Shown piece by piece: positions 1-9,504 of a DNA stretch of 50,552 bases (its first letter is position 1; every line of letters starts with the position of its first letter). The notes beneath the pieces are model-generated. The model saw nothing but the letters and a program-made list of their open reading frames with translations, did not search any database and had not been told where the DNA came from. The stretch comes from Gallionellaceae bacterium (GTDB taxonomy: Bacteria > Pseudomonadota > Gammaproteobacteria > Burkholderiales > Gallionellaceae), in contig JBGPSQ010000001.1 in the NCBI GenBank assembly GCA_041490205.1, positions 1 to 50,552 on the forward strand. The letters run 5' to 3'. A program made the translations under genes and the position numbers.

Positions 1-1
1 C

Positions 2-271
<270 letters not shown>

Positions 272-312
272 TCCTGCTAACCGCAGTCAAGAGCGCTGCC
301 AAATAGCGCGTT

Positions 313-389
313 CCCTCACCCCAACCCCTCTCCCGGAGGGAGAGGGACTTTGCTCCCTTCCCCGCCGGGGGAAGGGCTGGGGATGAGGG
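313..389. repeat. REP-like composite palindromic element (two nested GC hairpins)
   Basis: Two perfect 9-bp hairpins: CCCTCTCCC-gga-GGGAGAGGG (326-346) and CCCTTCCCC-gccg-GGGGAAGGG (355-376). They sit inside an imperfect outer pairing of CCCTCACCCC (313-322) with GGGGATGAGGG (379-389). The element is intergenic. Related hairpins occur at 39857-39892 and 48645-48670. Confidence 0.6.
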
Positions 390-505
390 AACGCCCGCAT
401 CCAGCTTGCCTCGTAGCATCGTTATGGTCTCGCAACCGCGTTTTTTCGGTTGATACAGCCGCGAGTACAAACATTCTGCCGAAGCTGGTAGAATGCGCCC
501 CTTCC

Positions 506-595
<90 letters not shown>

Positions 596-600
596 AATAC

Positions 601-627
601 ATGGGCACGCAATGCGTGCCCATTTTC
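601..627. terminator. Hairpin terminator between convergent tRNA-Ser and dgkA
   Basis: ATGGGCACGC (601-610) pairs perfectly with GCGTGCCCAT (614-623) around a 3-nt loop, followed by TTTT. It lies directly between the tRNA 3' end and the dgkA stop codon. Confidence 0.6.
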
Positions 628-630
628 ATT

Positions 631-1005
631 TCAGGCAGTCAGCACCAGTGCCCACACCGCCAGCACATTGATGAGGCTCGCCAGCACGGCGGCGCTGCCG
701 ATGTCCTTGGCGCGCTTGGCGAGGTCGTGTTTGTCCAGCGAAATGCGGTCCACTGTGGCTTCTATTGCGGAGTTGACCAGTTCGACGATGATCACCAGCA
801 GCACGCTGGTGATCATCAGGGCCTTGCCGATGTGGCTGGCGGGCAGCCAAAGGGCCAGCGGAATGAGGATGGCAGCCAGGATGATTTCCTGGCGGAAGGC
901 GTCCTCATGTTTGTGGGCGGCGCGGAAGCCGTCCAGCGAATAACAAAATGCGTTCCATATCCGCCGCAAACCTTTTTTGCCTTTGTAGGGGCTTTCCATG
1001 TCCAT
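631..1005 (-). CDS. dgkA: Diacylglycerol kinase (prokaryotic DgkA family)
   Basis: 124 aa counted from the internal Met (MDMESPYKGKKGLRRIWNAFCYSLDGFRAA..HEDAFRQE..VELVNSAIEATVDRIS..AKDIGSAAV). This is the DgkA signature with three TM segments. The longer 178-aa ORF start looks spurious. Confidence 0.85.
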   Translation of the reverse strand: MDMESPYKGKKGLRRIWNAFCYSLDGFRAAHKHEDAFRQEIILAAILIPLALWLPASHIGKALMITSVLLVIIVELVNSAIEATVDRISLDKHDLAKRAKDIGSAAVLASLINVLAVWALVLTA

Positions 1006-1189
1006 TTTATCGTTCTTGCCTTGAATTCGAAGCCGCGATTGTGCGGGCAGATTATGACAACGATATTTCAGCCCAGGCGGATGGGGGGTGTGAAAAAATG
1101 TTTTCGGAAAACAGTGTACGGAAGCGCTGCGCAAAAAAATACGCGCATCGGACCGCATGCGCGTCAAGGGGAACAGCAGAAAAATGTTT

Positions 1190-1939
1190 TTAGCCCATGA
1201 AGCGGCGAACGTATTTTGCGTTCATCCTCGACAAGGGCAGGAGGATGAATAGATCGGCAGTGTTGAAATCCCGATCCCAGGCGGGTTCGCCGCAGATATA
1301 GGCGCCCAGGCGCAGGTAGCCCTTGATCAGGGGCGGGATGATCACTTCCAGCGAGCTGTCGAGCGTATCCAGCGGCAACGGGTTGCGCGGGAATACGCGA
1401 TACTCGGCGGGCGCTTCGTGCAGCTTATGGAGTTTCTGGTAAACGCTGGCGGCGTAATGGCCGCCGTCGGTCATGCTGATGCTGGCGCAGCCGATCAGGT
1501 ATTCGTGTTGCTGCGTGGTCATGTAATCCGCCAGGCCGCCCCATAGCTGGGCAATGGTGGCTCCGTCGCGGTAATCGGGATGCACGCAGGAGCGGCCCAC
1601 TTCAACCATGTTGTCGCGCAGATGCAAGAGACGGGTCATGTCGAACTCGGACTCGGAATAATAGCCGCGAATTGCCCTGGCCTGACTGGGCGAGAGTATG
1701 CGGTAAGTGCCAACCACCTTTTCGTTTTGGTTGTCGCGCACCAGCAGATGTTCGCAATAGGCATCGAAAATGTCACGGTCTATTTGTTCGTGGGCGCTGG
1801 GCAGGCGCGCGCCCATTTCCTCGGCGAATACCTTGTAGCGCAGGCGCTGGGCCTCTTCGATTTCGGAATGATTTTTTGCAATCCCCACGGAAAGACGCGA
1901 CTGTGTGGCGGAAGGTTGTTGAATCAGAAGCTGCCTCAT
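1190..1939 (-). CDS. olsB: Ornithine-lipid N-acyltransferase (GNAT-like, OlsB family)
   Basis: 249 aa. Motifs ..AQRLRYKVFAEEMGA..VVGTYRIL..SESEFD..VEVGRSCVHPDYR..YLIGCASI.. match the OlsB / hemolysin-like N-acyltransferase family. It lies immediately downstream of an acyltransferase gene, as in olsBA loci. Confidence 0.8.
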   Translation of the reverse strand: MRQLLIQQPSATQSRLSVGIAKNHSEIEEAQRLRYKVFAEEMGARLPSAHEQIDRDIFDAYCEHLLVRDNQNEKVVGTYRILSPSQARAIRGYYSESEFDMTRLLHLRDNMVEVGRSCVHPDYRDGATIAQLWGGLADYMTTQQHEYLIGCASISMTDGGHYAASVYQKLHKLHEAPAEYRVFPRNPLPLDTLDSSLEVIIPPLIKGYLRLGAYICGEPAWDRDFNTADLFILLPLSRMNAKYVRRFMG

Positions 1940-2017
1940 GAAAATCTCCTGGTTGGTCGATGGCAGAATCCTAGCGGTGAGTTGTTGCAGTCGAATTGCA
2001 GCCAGGTTAAGACTTTG

Positions 2018-2986
2018 TTAAATACGGTGATTGAGCCTGCCGATAAGGGGGTCAAGCAGCAATGAATATGCAGATTGAGTGGCAAAAACGGGACGGACAG
2101 GGACGTAATAGGTCCGGTCGTTCGCGGGAATGGGGGGCTGCGGAGCAATAGTTCCGGCCAGCGCAGTACTGACAACTGCGTGGGCCTCTTCAGCCAGGAT
2201 GCGGCGGCTCTTGCCCAGGCTGCTTATTTCCGGCAGGAAATCCAGCTTGGCGTGCAGTGCACGGCTGCGCATGATGTTGAGCAGGGATTGGACGAGGCTC
2301 ATGTCCCCGATGTAATTTGCATCCTCGCTGCGCAGGCCGGTGCCGTCATGGTAGCGAATGGCGATGGGCTGAACGCAGGTGCCGGTGTCGATGGCGCACT
2401 GCAAGAGGGAAGAGTGGAAATGGCGCACCTGGCTGCCGTCGGTGGAAGTCCCCTCAGGGAACAGCGCGACGCTTTCCCCATTAGCCAGGACGTCGCCGAT
2501 GACCCGGTTGGCGCGCAGGGTGTCGCGCCGGAAGCTGCGTTCGATGAATACCGTTCTCGTGAGCCGGCACAGCAGGCCGATCAATGGCCATGAGCGGACT
2601 TCGGATTTGGCGACGAAGCAGGATGGGTTGGCGGCATTGATGACAAACACATCCAGCCAGGACATATGATTGGCAACCAGCAGAGCGCCCTGTTCGCGCA
2701 CGGATGGCAAATTGCCGCCGATTTCCAGCTTGACGCGCAGGATGTGCAGCAAGGCGCGGGACCAGTAGCGCATGAGGGCGCGGCGCGAGCCTGGGCCGAG
2801 CAAAGGGAATGCGGATGCCAGCAATAGTCCATACAGCAGATGGCCTATCAGCCGCGTACTGCGAAAAGCGATTATCGCCGCATTGCCGCCCGCCGGACGG
2901 GTCAAGGGATTTTGGAGACCTTCTGCCTGGAGGTATTTCATGGCGTTTGCAAAATGAGTTTTCGGCGCCGCATTCCGGCGCTGCAT
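2018..2986 (-). CDS. olsA: Lyso-ornithine lipid O-acyltransferase (PlsC/LPLAT family)
   Basis: Carries the acyltransferase catalytic block LLVANHMSWLDVFV (HX4D) and the FPEGTSTDG block. The N-terminal 170 aa of the 493-aa track ORF overlap the PAP2 gene in another frame and are rejected. The start is taken at ATG 2986, with ATG 2941 as an alternative. Confidence 0.7.
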   Translation of the reverse strand: MQRRNAAPKTHFANAMKYLQAEGLQNPLTRPAGGNAAIIAFRSTRLIGHLLYGLLLASAFPLLGPGSRRALMRYWSRALLHILRVKLEIGGNLPSVREQGALLVANHMSWLDVFVINAANPSCFVAKSEVRSWPLIGLLCRLTRTVFIERSFRRDTLRANRVIGDVLANGESVALFPEGTSTDGSQVRHFHSSLLQCAIDTGTCVQPIAIRYHDGTGLRSEDANYIGDMSLVQSLLNIMRSRALHAKLDFLPEISSLGKSRRILAEEAHAVVSTALAGTIAPQPPIPANDRTYYVPVRPVFATQSAYSLLLDPLIGRLNHRI

Positions 2987-3003
2987 GGATTGGTCACGGA
3001 AAG

Positions 3004-3537
3004 CTACGCCAGGAAGATGGAGGCGGACGCCAATGCAGCGCCGATCACAGCGCCTGCCAGCACATCGCTGGGATAATGCAGGCCGAGGATGGGGCGCGAC
3101 AGGGCGACCAGGAGACTGAACGGCAGCACGAGCCAGATCAGCACGGGAAAATAATATACAGCGACGATGCTGAACACTGTCGCGTGCAGGGTGTGGCCGG
3201 AGGGGAAGCTGAATTGATCCAGCGCCTTGCAGGCGCAGACGATGTCCGGAGAGACATTGAATGGGCGCGGACGCAAAGTTTTTTGCTTGATCAGCTTGTA
3301 AATCAAAGTCCCGGCGCCGCCCGCCAGGATCATGTGAATCACGGCCGTAACCGCATCCGCGCGGTAGTGCAGCAGCAGGGCGCTCATCAGGACGTACCAG
3401 AATATGCCATCCCCCAGGCGGCTGGAGAGGCGAAACAGGCTGCGTATGGAAAGGCGCCGGCTCTGCCGGTTGAAAAACAGGCAGAGGTCCATATCCCAAC
3501 GGCTAATCTGCTGCAGTGTAGAGTTTGCTCTCAACAT
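3004..3537 (-). CDS. PAP2-family lipid phosphatase (membrane)
   Basis: 177 aa, polytopic. PAP2 motifs are present: KxxxxxxRP (KQKTLRPRP), SFPSGH and the HYPSDV-type SRxxxxxHxxxD block. SD GGGAG lies 6 nt upstream of ATG 3537. Confidence 0.8.
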   Translation of the reverse strand: MLRANSTLQQISRWDMDLCLFFNRQSRRLSIRSLFRLSSRLGDGIFWYVLMSALLLHYRADAVTAVIHMILAGGAGTLIYKLIKQKTLRPRPFNVSPDIVCACKALDQFSFPSGHTLHATVFSIVAVYYFPVLIWLVLPFSLLVALSRPILGLHYPSDVLAGAVIGAALASASIFLA

Positions 3538-4741
3538 TTTGCGCTCCCTGTGCCTGTACGAGATTGACCAATACTGCCTCGAGCTGCCCCGCGACGTCTT
3601 CCCAGGTCGGTGACTCCACGGTCAGGCGGGCCTCGGTGCGCAAGCGCCGGATGCGCGCAGCGTCGCTCACCAGCGCCTTGGCCTGTGCAATGAAGGCCGC
3701 CGTGTCGTCGTAGGGAACCAGCAAACCGTTGACGTCATGACGGATGTGCTTGTGTGCTGCGGCGTAGTCGTAGGCGATGGTGGCCAGCCCGCTGGACATG
3801 GCTTCCACCGTGACGTTGCCGTAGGTTTCGGTGATGCTTGGATAGATGAAAATATCGCCCGATGCGTAATGGGCGGCAAGGTCTTCGCCGTTGCGCATGC
3901 CGACGAAGATCACATTGGGATGTTGGTGTTTTTCGAGTTCCGCGCGCGCCGGGCCATCGCCTACTATCACCAGTTTGCACAGCGGCTCGATGGCGCGCAT
4001 TTCTTCAAATGCCTTGATGACCACCGGCAGGTTTTTCTCCGACGCCAGACGGCTGACCAGCATGACCACCGGCGTATCGTCGGCTACGTCCCACGAGCGG
4101 CGCAGCGAAGCGCTGCGTTTTGCGGGATGAAAAAGCCGGGTGTCCACGCCGCGCGGGACCACCAGCACCTTTTTGTAGCGCCTGGCTTCCAGTTCCTGCT
4201 GCAGGGTGCTGGTCGGCACCATCGTGCAATCGGCCTTGTTGTGCAAGTGGCGTAAATAGGCATCCATCGGCTTATGCAGCAGCCCGATGCCGTAGTGTTT
4301 GGTATAGCTGTGGAAGTTGGTGTGGAAATCGGTGCTGACCGGGATGCCTAATTTACGCGCGGCAGCCAATGCGGTCCATCCCAGGGGGCCCTCGGTGGCG
4401 ATATGCACGATGTCCGGGCGCCGCTCACGCCACAGGCGCAATAACGCGCCCTTTGCCGGCAGGCCGACCCTCAGTTCCGGATAGCCGGGAATCGGCATTC
4501 CGGACAGCAGGACTTCTTCATAGTTGTCACCCGGCTCCGGGGCATCAAACTGGTGCTGGCGCGGGCGGATGAGCTGGATATGGTGCTGGCGTTTGCGCAA
4601 CACCCTTACCATGTGCCCGATAGTGATGGCGACGCCATTCACCTCCGGCGGGTAGGTTTCGGTGATGACCGCCACCTTCAAATGCGTGTGGACGGGCAGT
4701 TCAAGCTGATTGTTGTCGGTCAATGTATTCATGTTGCGCAT
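3503..4741 (-). CDS. GT4-family glycosyltransferase (GT-B fold; glycolipid synthase-like)
   Basis: 412 aa. The N-terminus has TETYPPEVNGVA, typical of GT4/SqdX-like enzymes. The C-terminus has the EX7E-type region (YPSITETYGNVTVEAMSSGL). The 3' end overlaps the PAP2 start by 35 nt. Confidence 0.85.
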   Translation of the reverse strand: MRNMNTLTDNNQLELPVHTHLKVAVITETYPPEVNGVAITIGHMVRVLRKRQHHIQLIRPRQHQFDAPEPGDNYEEVLLSGMPIPGYPELRVGLPAKGALLRLWRERRPDIVHIATEGPLGWTALAAARKLGIPVSTDFHTNFHSYTKHYGIGLLHKPMDAYLRHLHNKADCTMVPTSTLQQELEARRYKKVLVVPRGVDTRLFHPAKRSASLRRSWDVADDTPVVMLVSRLASEKNLPVVIKAFEEMRAIEPLCKLVIVGDGPARAELEKHQHPNVIFVGMRNGEDLAAHYASGDIFIYPSITETYGNVTVEAMSSGLATIAYDYAAAHKHIRHDVNGLLVPYDDTAAFIAQAKALVSDAARIRRLRTEARLTVESPTWEDVAGQLEAVLVNLVQAQGAQNVESKLYTAAD

Positions 4742-4750
4742 CTTCGCGCG

Positions 4751-4795
4751 CGAACATGAACATTTGATTAAATATTCGTGAACAATTGATGAACG
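4751..4795 (-). promoter_or_regulatory. Phased direct repeats (C/T)GTTCA(T/C) upstream of the GT4-PAP2-olsAB operon (candidate operator)
   Basis: The minus strand reads CGTTCAT-caat-TGTTCAC-(15 nt)-TGTTCATGTTCG. Repeat starts are 11 and 22 nt apart, that is, in helical phase. The array ends about 10-15 nt before ATG 4741. Confidence 0.3.
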
Positions 4796-4830
4796 GCCGA
4801 GCGTGGACCGCGATGAGGATATTTCAGGCA

Positions 4831-4860
4831 GGCATGCCGGACGTTTTTAGCCGGCATGCC
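4831..4860 (-). terminator. Perfect 10-bp GC hairpin downstream of the lipoprotein operon
   Basis: GGCATGCCGG (4831-4840) pairs with CCGGCATGCC (4851-4860), 19 nt after the stop of the 4879-5886 gene. There is no clear U-tract on the minus strand, so confidence is moderate. Confidence 0.4.
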
Positions 4861-4878
4861 TTTGCTACTGGCGATGAA

Positions 4879-5886
4879 TTATTGTTGCTGAGCGATCGCC
4901 ATGCCGACGATGACCGGCCCCAGTTCCTTTTTCAGGATGGCATCGGCCTGGCTCAAGGCGCGCTTGATTGCGGTTTCCCGGTCGGTGGCGCTGGCCTTGA
5001 TGTCCCAGCGCTTGGTGCCGCGCACGCGGCCATTGGCGGCCTCGGTCAGGGTGATTTCCACGGTTCCGCGCTGCCAGAACCAGCCATCCTTGGCGCTTAG
5101 CTCGCTGAGGTTCATTCGCGACTGCAGGACGAAATCAGGGTTTTGGCCGTTCTCGATCATGAAGCCTGCCTGTGCCAGGGCGCCGGACACGATTTCTGCG
5201 GAGCCGGGCGTGGAATCATCCGTCACGCGCGATGCGATGCGCACGCGCTTGAGCAGGGCGTCCAGGTCGGCCTTGAGTTTCGCGGCATTCCATTGCGCTT
5301 CAACGCCGCGTCCGGTGATGTCCACCACTTGCAGCGATTTTTGCAGCGTATCACGGTCGCGCTGGGTTGCCAGCGCATTGTTGGCGGCGGCTATCTTGAG
5401 GAACAGATCGGTGTTGTTGCGCGATTGGTTGACGTAGTTGCCGGTGGCGTCGTCCAATTGGCCGATTTGCTGACGCAGGCTGGCGGCGGTTTGCAGCCGG
5501 GGCAGCGTCGCAAGTGCGTAATACGTCTTGGTGGTGGGATCCTGCCATAGCTCGGCGATCTGGATGCCGCTGATTATCTGCTCGGTGCGCGTGGAAATGC
5601 TGCGGGAAGATTGGCCTTCATATTGCCCGCCCGTTGCAGTCGTCTGGAATTTTTGCATATCCTCGCTGCTGGACATCACGGCCACCTGGAATATCTTGGC
5701 AAGGTCGGCGCGTGCGCGATCCTTGGCGTCTTCCTGGGTGGAAGCCTGGCCGCGCCCTAACAGGTATTGCGCGCTTTTGTAGGTGGCGCTGTCGCCATTT
5801 ACCCAGTCGGGAGTCTTGGGCTGGCTGGCGCAGCCGGCCAGGGCCAGGATTGCGGCGGCAAACAGGAAACGGATGGTGGTGTTCAT
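4879..5886 (-). CDS. LPP20-family lipoprotein, long form
   Basis: Signal peptide with lipobox MNTTIRFLFAAAILALAG-C. The region after it (YLLGRGQAS..EDAKDRARADLAKIF) is LPP20-like. SD AAGGAG lies 5 nt upstream of the ATG. Confidence 0.7.
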   Translation of the reverse strand: MNTTIRFLFAAAILALAGCASQPKTPDWVNGDSATYKSAQYLLGRGQASTQEDAKDRARADLAKIFQVAVMSSSEDMQKFQTTATGGQYEGQSSRSISTRTEQIISGIQIAELWQDPTTKTYYALATLPRLQTAASLRQQIGQLDDATGNYVNQSRNNTDLFLKIAAANNALATQRDRDTLQKSLQVVDITGRGVEAQWNAAKLKADLDALLKRVRIASRVTDDSTPGSAEIVSGALAQAGFMIENGQNPDFVLQSRMNLSELSAKDGWFWQRGTVEITLTEAANGRVRGTKRWDIKASATDRETAIKRALSQADAILKKELGPVIVGMAIAQQQ

Positions 5887-5888
5887 GG

Positions 5889-7304
5889 TTATCTCCTTGC
5901 GGTGGAAGGCATCGCGGGCGGCGTCCAGTGTTCGGTCAGGTAGCTCATGTGCCCCTCGGCGATGTTGATTCCGGGGTATTCGCGGGTAGCAACGGTTTGT
6001 CCGCCCGCGTCCAGCAGTTCAACTTTAATCGTGTATTTGCCTGGAGGCAAGTGCAGTCGTGCAAGCTGGATTTCGGCGGGCAGGGTCAGCCAGCTGCGCG
6101 TATCGGCCCGTTCGGTGGCCACTGCGGCCACGCGCACAAATATGGAACCCAACAAGGCCGCGCCAGAGTCATTGTTATTCCTGTTTTGACCGGCGCGGTC
6201 CACTGCTTCCTGAACCTTGGCCTTGACCACGGCGCGGGCGATGGAGCGTGCCGTAATCGCGCCCATGTGGGAATCCAGGCTGGCGCGGGCGATGGCATCC
6301 ATGTTTTCCACCCGCTCGGTGGAGGCTTGTTTGTCGATGGCGCTGATGCGAGCGCTTGCCACATTATTCGAGCGCGATTCGTAATAGGGCAGGGCGATGG
6401 TCACATATACGCCCGGGGTGGCGGGGGCGTTTCCGGTGAAAGCCGAAGGCGGCGGCGCCACGATGGAGCTCCTCTTTTCCCGCTTGATGGGCACGAGGCC
6501 GTTGCTGAAAATGAATACCAGTTCACCGTCCTTCGCCTTCGGCGGGTCGGCCGCCAGTGAGGCGAGGGGAATATTGAATTCCTTGCTGTACTGCGCGGCC
6601 TCATCCTTCAACCCCTGCTGCACGGCCATGCGCAGCAGGTCGCGCTTGAGTTCTTCCGGCATGGGCATGCCATAGTTGGCCTGGTATTTTTTGTATGCCG
6701 TGTAGGCATCGCGGTAGGAGATCATGGCGTCGCTGCGCTCACCGAGATCCTCATAGATCATGCCGGTGAGGTAAAGGGTGAAAGCGTCCCTGGTGTAGCG
6801 GTTGCCGGAGACTTTAGCAGCGATCTCGCGCAACTTGATGTCAACCTGCTGTGCCTCCACGCGCGCATCATCCTTCTGGCCCAATTCCAGGTAATTGAGC
6901 GCCATGTAAAGGTGCACCAGCACCTGCTCATAATCTTCGCCGCCGTAGCTGACGGTTGAATCGTTGATGAGGAAGGACATGGCGTTTTGGCTGACGCTGG
7001 CGGCATACAGGCGTTCCATTTCAGTCTTGGCGGCCTCCAGCGCCTGGTTGGAGCCTGCGAAGTCCCGCTTCATGCGCAGCACCATGCCTTTGTTGAGCAG
7101 GTACAGCACGAGGTCGGTTTTGCTTCGGGATTGCTTCTCGATGTCCTTCAGGGCGGCATCGTATTTCTGGGAGGAAAGACTGCCCTGGATGGGGCCGAAA
7201 GAATCGCTATAGGTGGCGCATCCGGAAAGAAATAGCGGCAGGGCCAGGCATGCCAGAAGGGCGGGCAAGGGCATGCCCTTGCGCCTGGATGCTGCACAGC
7301 CCAT
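5889..7304 (-). CDS. Large lipoprotein of unknown function (COG3014-like; TPR-like N-terminal half)
   Basis: Lipobox LPLFLSG-C. The N-terminal half is helical and TPR-like (YDAALKDIEK.., YLELGQKDDARVEAQQV). It lies between an LpoB-like and an LPP20-like gene. The start could be 7325, 7304 or 7274. Confidence 0.65.
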   Translation of the reverse strand: MGCAASRRKGMPLPALLACLALPLFLSGCATYSDSFGPIQGSLSSQKYDAALKDIEKQSRSKTDLVLYLLNKGMVLRMKRDFAGSNQALEAAKTEMERLYAASVSQNAMSFLINDSTVSYGGEDYEQVLVHLYMALNYLELGQKDDARVEAQQVDIKLREIAAKVSGNRYTRDAFTLYLTGMIYEDLGERSDAMISYRDAYTAYKKYQANYGMPMPEELKRDLLRMAVQQGLKDEAAQYSKEFNIPLASLAADPPKAKDGELVFIFSNGLVPIKREKRSSIVAPPPSAFTGNAPATPGVYVTIALPYYESRSNNVASARISAIDKQASTERVENMDAIARASLDSHMGAITARSIARAVVKAKVQEAVDRAGQNRNNNDSGAALLGSIFVRVAAVATERADTRSWLTLPAEIQLARLHLPPGKYTIKVELLDAGGQTVATREYPGINIAEGHMSYLTEHWTPPAMPSTARR

Positions 7305-7344
7305 GGTGCGCCCCCCCGGTCGCATTATTTATTGTGCGGTTAGG

Positions 7345-7956
7345 TCAGAAGGCCAGGTGGCCGCGTTTGACTTCTTTTTTGATCTTTTTCTGTCCAACCC
7401 AGACCTTGCGGTTGTCCACCAGGCTGATCAGGGTCAGATCCACCTGGTAATAACGCACCTGGTCGCTGCCGGAGGTGTCGATGATGGTATTGACGGTGCC
7501 CTTCAGCATGAAGTCGGCACCCTTTTCCCTGCCCATCGCCTTGCGTGTCTCCTCGGCGGCATTGATGTCCTGATCCTTGCGCTCTTCGCGGATTTCCTGG
7601 CGCTCGGTGGATGAAGCAACGAACTCGACACGGTCGGAATTGATCAGTTCACGTTCCATATCTCCGACAAAGGTGTTGAGGTTGATATGCTCTGCGCTCA
7701 GGTTGCGAATTTCCCCCACGATCACTGCCGGACGGCGTTTTTGCGCCTGGGCGAAATCGTTGAGCCATTGGCGGCTCAGCACATCGCGGATCATTTCGGC
7801 CGAGACGAGCTGGGAGTCGGTGTCGTTCCATGCGCCACTGAGGTCTTTCGTTTCATCCACGTTCATGCGGGTGACGGAAGTGCCGCAGGCAGTCAATGCC
7901 GCAGTAAGCAACAGAAACGGGATAAATTTGAAGCTGGTGAACTGCGGGCGCATCAT
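7345..7956 (-). CDS. LpoB-like (COG3417) lipoprotein
   Basis: Lipobox LLLTAALTA-C. The mature part (..DLSGAWNDTDSQLVSAEMIRDVL..PAVIVGEIRNLS..FVGDMERELINSDRVEFVA..FMLKGTV..YYQVDLTLISL) matches the penicillin-binding-protein activator LpoB fold family. An ATGA overlap links it to the upstream gene. Confidence 0.7.
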   Translation of the reverse strand: MMRPQFTSFKFIPFLLLTAALTACGTSVTRMNVDETKDLSGAWNDTDSQLVSAEMIRDVLSRQWLNDFAQAQKRRPAVIVGEIRNLSAEHINLNTFVGDMERELINSDRVEFVASSTERQEIREERKDQDINAAEETRKAMGREKGADFMLKGTVNTIIDTSGSDQVRYYQVDLTLISLVDNRKVWVGQKKIKKEVKRGHLAF

Positions 7957-8522
7957 TTCTTCTCCTTGGATACACGGTCAAATACGTTGTCGCCGTTGGT
8001 CTCGATGTAGCGCTTGAGGTCGGCGTTCATGTCCTGCGCCGCAGACAGTGTGCTTTTCACATGGTTCATGTCCAGTTCGGCGATAGACCAGATGGTGTTC
8101 TTCTTGGGATCGCGCCAGCGGCCGATGATGCGGACCCCGGCCAGGTTGACCTTGGTGAGGCTCTTGATCTGGCGCGACACAGATTCTTCATTGACGGTGT
8201 TATCGCCGGACCTGGAGGCGGCCTGGTAATCGTTGGAAACCGCATCCAGGTAATTTGACAGGATTTTCGCCACTTCAGCGCGGGCGCGGTCGTCTGCGGT
8301 GGATGTTTGCAGCGCCATGTCACCCATCGGTTCGGCGGAACCTACGCCGTGGAACAGGCGGCCGTCCTTGTTGTTGAGGACATTGGTGCCTTCATTGACC
8401 CAATTTGGCGCACCGCTGATGCCGAGGTCGCTCTCCACCTTGGTGGTGCTGGAGCAAGCGGCAATAAAGGATACGAACAACGCGAGGAGCGACAGTTTGG
8501 CGACAGCGGCGAAATTCTTCAT
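7953..8522 (-). CDS. LPP20-family lipoprotein
   Basis: Lipobox LFVSFIAA-C. The LPP20-like core is present (..HGVGSAEPMGDMALQTSTADDRARAEVAKILS..). SD GGGAGA lies 5 nt upstream. Confidence 0.75.
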   Translation of the reverse strand: MKNFAAVAKLSLLALFVSFIAACSSTTKVESDLGISGAPNWVNEGTNVLNNKDGRLFHGVGSAEPMGDMALQTSTADDRARAEVAKILSNYLDAVSNDYQAASRSGDNTVNEESVSRQIKSLTKVNLAGVRIIGRWRDPKKNTIWSIAELDMNHVKSTLSAAQDMNADLKRYIETNGDNVFDRVSKEKK

Positions 8523-8649
8523 GGCTTTCTCCCGGAAACGAAAATAAGGTTCGTGCCGCGCACAGCAGGCCCGGGCCGCGAAAAAACCGCAAGCCCGCCG
8601 CTCTGCAAGACAGCAGACGGGGCTATCTTGCTCAACCCGACGTCAAAAG

Positions 8650-9504
<855 letters not shown>

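Noticed and set aside
2987-3499. An N-terminal extension of about 170 aa on the olsA ORF (track ORF 2018-3499).
   Set aside because: The extension overlaps the PAP2 gene in a different frame and is Pro/Arg-rich junk. The acyltransferase homology begins only after the internal Met residues at 2986 and 2941.
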